From contig JAFKID010000012.1 in assembly GCA_017306545.1 (NCBI GenBank), positions 24,458 through 88,457 on the forward strand: a stretch of DNA of 64,000 nt. Direction: 5' to 3'. The notes beneath the pieces were generated by a model, which made no database searches, was not told the DNA's origin, and worked only from the letters and a program-made list of their open reading frames with translations. Positions 55,260-64,000 of this stretch are shown here, one piece after another (the first letter of the stretch is position 1; each line of letters opens with the position of its first letter). The position numbers were made by a program, and so were the translations under genes. The stretch comes from Mesorhizobium sp. Lineage in GTDB: Bacteria > Pseudomonadota > Alphaproteobacteria > Rhizobiales > Rhizobiaceae.

Positions 55260-55464
55260 GTCGATTTTCCGTTGGACGGCGCGCGCGCCATCCCATTGTG
55301 GGACATTTTGACGCCGGAATCGAGGTGTATCGAGGCCCGGTGCGAGCCAAACCTATAAGCAAGGCCTTGCTTTTTCGTTCCCGAGGTCGGTCCATGGTAA
55401 ACCAATTCCTAACCCGGTTCGGCGATGAATGATCCTTCCTGCATGAAGTAGTAAGGAGGAAAAG

Positions 55465-56691
55465 ATGACCGTACGCACCGCCATCAGACGCCTGGCCGGT
55501 CTAGCGGCGGCCGCCGGCCTCTCGATGGCGCTTTCGCTGTCCGCAAGCCCGGCCTTCGCCGATTCCGGATTCCGCAACTGGGTCGCCAGCTTCCGCGCCA
55601 CAGCCGTCGCGAGCGGCGTGTCTGGCGCCATCTACGACCGCGCGTTCCGCGGCATCGACGACGCCGATCCAGAGGTGATCGAGAAGGCCCGCACGCAGCC
55701 CGAATTCAAGGCGCCGGCCTGGGATTACTTCGACAATCGCGTGCACGACCAGTCGATCGCCACCGGTCGCGCCATGGCGACCAAATGGAAGCCGTGGCTG
55801 GACCGCATCGAACAGCGCTACGGCGTCGACCGCTACACGCTGCTGGCCATCTGGTCGATGGAAACGAACTATGGCGAGATGCTGAAACGCACCGACGTCA
55901 TGCGCTCGGTCGTGCGCTCGCTGGCGACGCTCGGCTACGCCGACAAGCAGCGCTCCAAATATGCGCGCACGCAGCTCATCGCCGCGCTGAAGATCCTGCA
56001 AACAGGCGACATCGACGAGAGCCACCTGCAAGGCTCGTGGGCCGGCGCGATGGGGCACACGCAGTTCATCCCCACCAGCTACCAGACCTATGCCGTCGAT
56101 ATGGACGGCAACGGCAAGCGCGACATCTGGAACTCGGTGCCCGACGCGCTGGCGACCGCCGCCAACCTCCTGCGCAAGAACGGCTGGCAGTCCGGCCGCA
56201 CCTGGGGCTATGAAGTGACCCTGCCGGCGGGCCGCAAGTTCCCGAGCGGCCACCTGTCACTCGCCAAGTGGCAGGAACTCGGCGTCGTCCGCGCCAACGG
56301 CAAGCCGTTCAGAAGCACGTCCGACAGGGCCGAACTCAAGCTGCCGGGCGGCAGCGACGGTCCGGCGTTCCTGGTCATCAAGAACTTCTCCGTCATCAAG
56401 CGCTACAACAACGCCGACAAATACGCCTTCGCCGTCGGCCTCCTGGCCGACGAGATCGCCGGCTTTGGCGGGCTGGTGCACGACTGGAACCGGCCGTTCA
56501 CCAAGCTGTCCTTCGAGGAAAAGCAGGAATTGCAGCAGCGGCTTTCCCAGCACGGCCTCTACGACGGCAAGTTCGACGGCAAGATCGGCAGCGGTTCCAA
56601 GGCCGCCATCACGGCCTACCAGGCGCAGATGGGCTTGGCCCAGGATGGCTATCCCAGCCTGGAAGTGCTCAAATGGCTGCGCAAGAAGTAG
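55465..56691 (+). CDS. lytic murein transglycosylase (MltB family) with C-terminal PG_binding_1
   Basis: 408 aa. Signal peptide, MltB-like core (AIWSMETNYG...GAMGHTQFIPTSY), and a C-terminal LSQHGLYDGKFDGKIGSGSKAAI repeat. AAGGAGG SD upstream. Confidence 0.88.
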   Translation: MTVRTAIRRLAGLAAAAGLSMALSLSASPAFADSGFRNWVASFRATAVASGVSGAIYDRAFRGIDDADPEVIEKARTQPEFKAPAWDYFDNRVHDQSIATGRAMATKWKPWLDRIEQRYGVDRYTLLAIWSMETNYGEMLKRTDVMRSVVRSLATLGYADKQRSKYARTQLIAALKILQTGDIDESHLQGSWAGAMGHTQFIPTSYQTYAVDMDGNGKRDIWNSVPDALATAANLLRKNGWQSGRTWGYEVTLPAGRKFPSGHLSLAKWQELGVVRANGKPFRSTSDRAELKLPGGSDGPAFLVIKNFSVIKRYNNADKYAFAVGLLADEIAGFGGLVHDWNRPFTKLSFEEKQELQQRLSQHGLYDGKFDGKIGSGSKAAITAYQAQMGLAQDGYPSLEVLKWLRKK

Positions 56692-56746
56692 CGGCGCACG
56701 ACGCGCCGCCGCGCAATGCAGCGGCTTGCGACAATGGAGGAACGGC

Positions 56747-57976
56747 TTGATCGCGGCAACCCGCATCGGCAAGGCCCTGCGGCGCATGGCGATCGCGCTC
56801 GTCCTCCTGTCCGTGTGCGTGGCCGGGGCCATGGCCGTTTCAGGAATGCCGGCCATGGCGCAGGACCAGGGCGGCGGTTGGTCGCTGCGCGACCTTCTCT
56901 TCCCGCGCCGGCGCGAGCGCGTCGAGCCGCCACCCCCGATCGAAACCGTCACGCCGAGGAAGAAGGTGCGGGCAAAGCCCGCCGTGCCCCAGGAACCGCA
57001 GGCGCCGGTCGTGGAAAAGGCGCCGGACGCCCGCACGGTGCTGGTCGTCGGCGACTTCATGGCGAGCGGCCTCGCCGAAGGCCTGAGCACCTTGTTCGCC
57101 CAGAACCCGGCCATCCGCATCGCCGACCGCGCCAACGGCTCGTCCGGCCTCGTGCGCGACGACTTCTATAACTGGCCGGCCGAGATCAAAGGCCTGCTGG
57201 AGAACGAAAGGCCGGTGGCCGTCGTCGTGATGATCGGATCGAACGACCGCCAGACCATGAGCGTCGGCGGCAATCGCGAGCCGCCGCGCTCGGATGCCTG
57301 GACCAAGGAATACGAAGCGCGCGCCGAGGCTCTGGGCAAGGACATTCAGGCCGGCAAGGTCCCGCTCCTGTGGGTCGGCATGCCCTCCTTCAAGATCGCC
57401 AGGATGACGTCCGACATGCTGGCCTTCAACGACATCTACCGCTCCGCCGCCGAAAAGGCCGGCGGCGAGTTCGTCGATGTCTGGGACGGCTTCGTCGACG
57501 AGAACGGCGCCTTCGTCTCGACCGGCCCGGACGTCAACGGCCAGCCGGTGCGCTTGCGCGCCGACGACGGCATCAACATGACGCGCGCCGGCAAGAACAA
57601 GCTCGCCTTCTATGCCGAAAAGCCGCTGCTGAAGATCCTCGGCCTGGGCGACCCGGCGGGTGCCGGTGCGATCTCGGCGCCGGCGGGCCAACCCGCCGTG
57701 ACCGGCCCGGCGGCGCCGGCGGCGCCAACGACGGTGGATCGCACCCCGCCCATGCTGCTCAACGACCCGGCCCTGGACGGCGGCAGCGAACTGCTCGGCG
57801 CCGCGCAATCGGACACGCAGGCAAAGGACGACAAGGCTCCGGCCGAGAAACGGCTGGTCGAAGGCCTGGCCCCCGAGGCGGCGCCCGGCCGCGCCGACGA
57901 CTTCTCATGGCCACCGAAAACGCCGCCGACCAGCCCCGCCGCCACCGGCGACAAGACGACCGCAATCAGCCGCTGA
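56747..57976 (+). CDS. DUF459 / SGNH-hydrolase-like periplasmic protein
   Basis: The TTG at 56747 lies 6 nt after GGAGG, with an alternative ATG at 56786. Signal peptide and SGNH-like blocks (VLVVGDFMASGL, VVVMIGSNDRQ, DGINMTRAG). Confidence 0.72.
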   Translation: MIAATRIGKALRRMAIALVLLSVCVAGAMAVSGMPAMAQDQGGGWSLRDLLFPRRRERVEPPPPIETVTPRKKVRAKPAVPQEPQAPVVEKAPDARTVLVVGDFMASGLAEGLSTLFAQNPAIRIADRANGSSGLVRDDFYNWPAEIKGLLENERPVAVVVMIGSNDRQTMSVGGNREPPRSDAWTKEYEARAEALGKDIQAGKVPLLWVGMPSFKIARMTSDMLAFNDIYRSAAEKAGGEFVDVWDGFVDENGAFVSTGPDVNGQPVRLRADDGINMTRAGKNKLAFYAEKPLLKILGLGDPAGAGAISAPAGQPAVTGPAAPAAPTTVDRTPPMLLNDPALDGGSELLGAAQSDTQAKDDKAPAEKRLVEGLAPEAAPGRADDFSWPPKTPPTSPAATGDKTTAISR

Positions 57977-57982
57977 CGGCGC

Positions 57983-58420
57983 TCACGCCGAAGGAAAAAA
58001 CCTCAGCACGCCGGCCAGCCGCGACCGGCCGTTATTGTCCGCCGGGTGCTCGACGCCGTCGTTGACCGGAACCTCGGCAAAGTCGAACGGGCTCACGCCT
58101 TCCAGGCAGGCGACATTGATGCCGTATTGGCTGGTGTTCGACCGCCGCTGATGGTGGGTGTAGATGCCGCAACGGGAGCAGAAATAGTGCCGGGCCGTGC
58201 CGGTGTTGAAGCGATACTCGGCCAGCAGGTCCTCGCCCTGATCAATGGCGACGCCACCAACCGCGGCAGATACGGCGACGGCGCCCCGCATGCGGCAGTA
58301 GGAGCAGGTGCAGCGGCGTACCGCGCGCAGCCCGTCGCTTAACCGCACATGAAAGCGGACTCCGCCGCAATGGCAGGCGCCGGACATTTCGACCCTGTCG
58401 TCGCCCGGCGAAGCGGTCAT
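57983..58420 (-). CDS. GFA (CENP-V/glutathione-dependent formaldehyde-activating) family protein
   Basis: 145 aa. Cys motifs [14 protein letters not shown] and FCSRCG. The ATG overlaps the gltD TGA (ATGA). Confidence 0.8.
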   Translation of the reverse strand: MTASPGDDRVEMSGACHCGGVRFHVRLSDGLRAVRRCTCSYCRMRGAVAVSAAVGGVAIDQGEDLLAEYRFNTGTARHYFCSRCGIYTHHQRRSNTSQYGINVACLEGVSPFDFAEVPVNDGVEHPADNNGRSRLAGVLRFFPSA

Positions 58421-59871
58421 CTCGGCAGCAAGGTCGAGCCCATCAACGCCTCGTCGATGGAGCGCGCCGCCTGGCGCCCTTCGCGGATAGCCCACACCAC
58501 CAGCGATTGCCCGCGCCGCACGTCGCCGGCGGCCCACAGCCCGTCCACGCTGGTGCGGTAGTCGCGGTCGTTCGCCGCCACGTTGCGCGACCGGCGCGCA
58601 TCGGTGGCGATGTCCATCCGGCCCTCGAGTTCCTTGACCAACCCGCCTTCCAGCGGCCCGGCGAAGCCGATGGCGATGAAGGCGAGATCGGCGCGGATGA
58701 CGAATTCGGTGCCGGGAACGGGCTTGCGCTTCTCGTCAACCTCGCAGCACTTCACGCCGGTGAGTTGTCCTTCCTCACCGATGAACTCCAGCGTCGCCAC
58801 CTGGAATTCGCGCTCGGCGCCCTCGGCCTGGCTGGAGGACGTGCGCATCTTGGTCGCCCAATAGGGCCAGATCGTCAGCTTGTCTTCCTTCTCCGGCGGC
58901 TGCGGGCGAATGTCGAGCTGGGTGACACGCACCGCGCCCTGCCGAAAAGCGGTCCCGACGCAGTCGGAAGCGGTGTCGCCGCCGCCGACCACCACGACAT
59001 GCTGGCCGCCGGCAAGGATAGGTGCTGCCGGCCATGCGACGGACGCAATGTCCTCGCCGCCGACGCGCTTGTTCTGCTGCACCAGATAAGGCATGGCGTC
59101 GTGCACGCCTTGGAGGTCATCGCCGGGAATACCGGCCGGGCGTGGCGTTTCCGAGCCGCCGCAATAGAGGACGGCATCGTACTCAGCCAAAAGCTCGTCC
59201 GCCTTCCTGTCGACGCCGACATTGACGTCGCAGAAGAAGGTCACGCCCTCGCCCTGCATCTGCTCGACGCGCCGATCGATATAGTGCTTCTCGATCTTGA
59301 AGTCGGGAATGCCGTAGCGCATCAACCCGCCGGGCCGGCTCTCGCGCTCGAAGACATGCACCTCGTGGCCCGCGCGGCCGAGCTGCTGGGCAGCGGCCAT
59401 GCCGGCCGGGCCGGAACCGACGATCGCGACCCGCTTGCCGGTCTTCACCTGCGGCGGATAGGGGCGGATATAGCCTGTCTCGTAGGCCTTGTCGGCCAGC
59501 GCCTGCTCCACCGTCTTGATGGCGACGGGGATGTCCTCGAGGTTCAGCGTGCAGGCTTCCTCGCAGGGCGCGGGGCAGATGCGGCCGGTGAATTCGGGGA
59601 AATTGTTGGTCGAGTGCAGGTTGCGGATCGCCGCGTCCCAGTTGCCGTTATAGACGAGATCGTTCCAGTCCGGGATCTGGTTGTGCACCGGGCAGCCCGT
59701 CGGCCCGTGGCAATAGGGCACGCCGCAATCCATGCAGCGCGCCGCCTGCTTTTCCACTTCCGTATCCGACATCGGCAGGGTGAATTCGCGGAAGTGGCGG
59801 ATACGGTCGGAAGCCGGCTGGTACTTCGGCACCTGCCGGTCGATTTCGAGGAAACCTGTTACCTTGCCCAT
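58417..59871 (-). CDS. gltD: glutamate synthase small subunit
   Basis: 484 aa from [12 protein letters not shown]. 4Fe-4S Cys cluster ([10 protein letters not shown]) and FAD/NADPH Rossmann motifs ([14 protein letters not shown]). Confidence 0.95.
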   Translation of the reverse strand: MGKVTGFLEIDRQVPKYQPASDRIRHFREFTLPMSDTEVEKQAARCMDCGVPYCHGPTGCPVHNQIPDWNDLVYNGNWDAAIRNLHSTNNFPEFTGRICPAPCEEACTLNLEDIPVAIKTVEQALADKAYETGYIRPYPPQVKTGKRVAIVGSGPAGMAAAQQLGRAGHEVHVFERESRPGGLMRYGIPDFKIEKHYIDRRVEQMQGEGVTFFCDVNVGVDRKADELLAEYDAVLYCGGSETPRPAGIPGDDLQGVHDAMPYLVQQNKRVGGEDIASVAWPAAPILAGGQHVVVVGGGDTASDCVGTAFRQGAVRVTQLDIRPQPPEKEDKLTIWPYWATKMRTSSSQAEGAEREFQVATLEFIGEEGQLTGVKCCEVDEKRKPVPGTEFVIRADLAFIAIGFAGPLEGGLVKELEGRMDIATDARRSRNVAANDRDYRTSVDGLWAAGDVRRGQSLVVWAIREGRQAARSIDEALMGSTLLPR

Positions 59872-60056
59872 GGGCTTGTCCTTGGACTTGCGTTCGATCC
59901 GGGACGGCGCGGTCGCCGGACGGTCGTGCGTATTGGAGCGGAAATCCGGGGCCTGCCCCGGCATTGGAGACCGCGCCTGCGGTCCCGTCAATCAGCGCGG
60001 ACGCGCCCCCGGTTTGAGTGAGGGCGGCACGCCCATCGGGAAAATCGCCAGCAACA

Positions 60057-64000
<3,944 letters not shown>

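Overview
High-GC alphaproteobacterial chromosome. Gene content and order look Rhizobiales/Phyllobacteriaceae (Mesorhizobium/Brucella-type); this taxon call is an inference. Bases 1-25.3 kb are a large flagellar cluster: two tandem flagellins, fliF, a start/stop-overlapping chain (orf206-motB-motC-fliK), an SLT transglycosylase, a rem/ftcR-type regulator, flgE-flgK-flgL-flaF-flbT-flgD-fliQ, then flhA, fliR and four small ORFs including a rod-binding FlgJ-like and a FliL-like protein. Three non-flagellar genes (MFS transporter, lipoprotein, ClC channel) sit between fliQ and flhA, and a about 100-bp REP-like double palindrome sits between flhA and fliR. Bases 25.3-64 kb are mostly housekeeping and envelope genes: CDF transporter, GNATs, aminotransferase, MarR-GNAT fusion, SDR, TerB/DUF533, TrhO, endolysin-like muramidase, eda, DUF882 peptidase, sigma-54 response regulator, pepF, pabB/pabC-like, an RHH-ParE toxin-antitoxin pair, DUF3445, homospermidine synthase, Omp10-like lipoprotein, 5'-nucleotidase-LysM, hemH, SPFH/NfeD, kpsF, beta-barrel OMP, galU, mltB, DUF459, GFA, gltD and a partial gltB. 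I saw no tRNA, rRNA, CRISPR, IS, integrase or prophage block. I do not see a convincing novel multi-gene system. The most interesting signals are small and non-coding. (1) An orphan CtrA box, then a hairpin displaying CCUCCUCCC, then an intrinsic terminator (31.42-31.53 kb, minus strand), which is a candidate anti-SD small RNA. (2) The motif GTTAACCAT (CtrA-type) occurs four times, all intergenic, three of them upstream of the flagellin genes. (3) A 68-nt near-perfect hairpin lies inside the late flagellar operon. The many long antisense ORFs in the track are high-GC artefacts.
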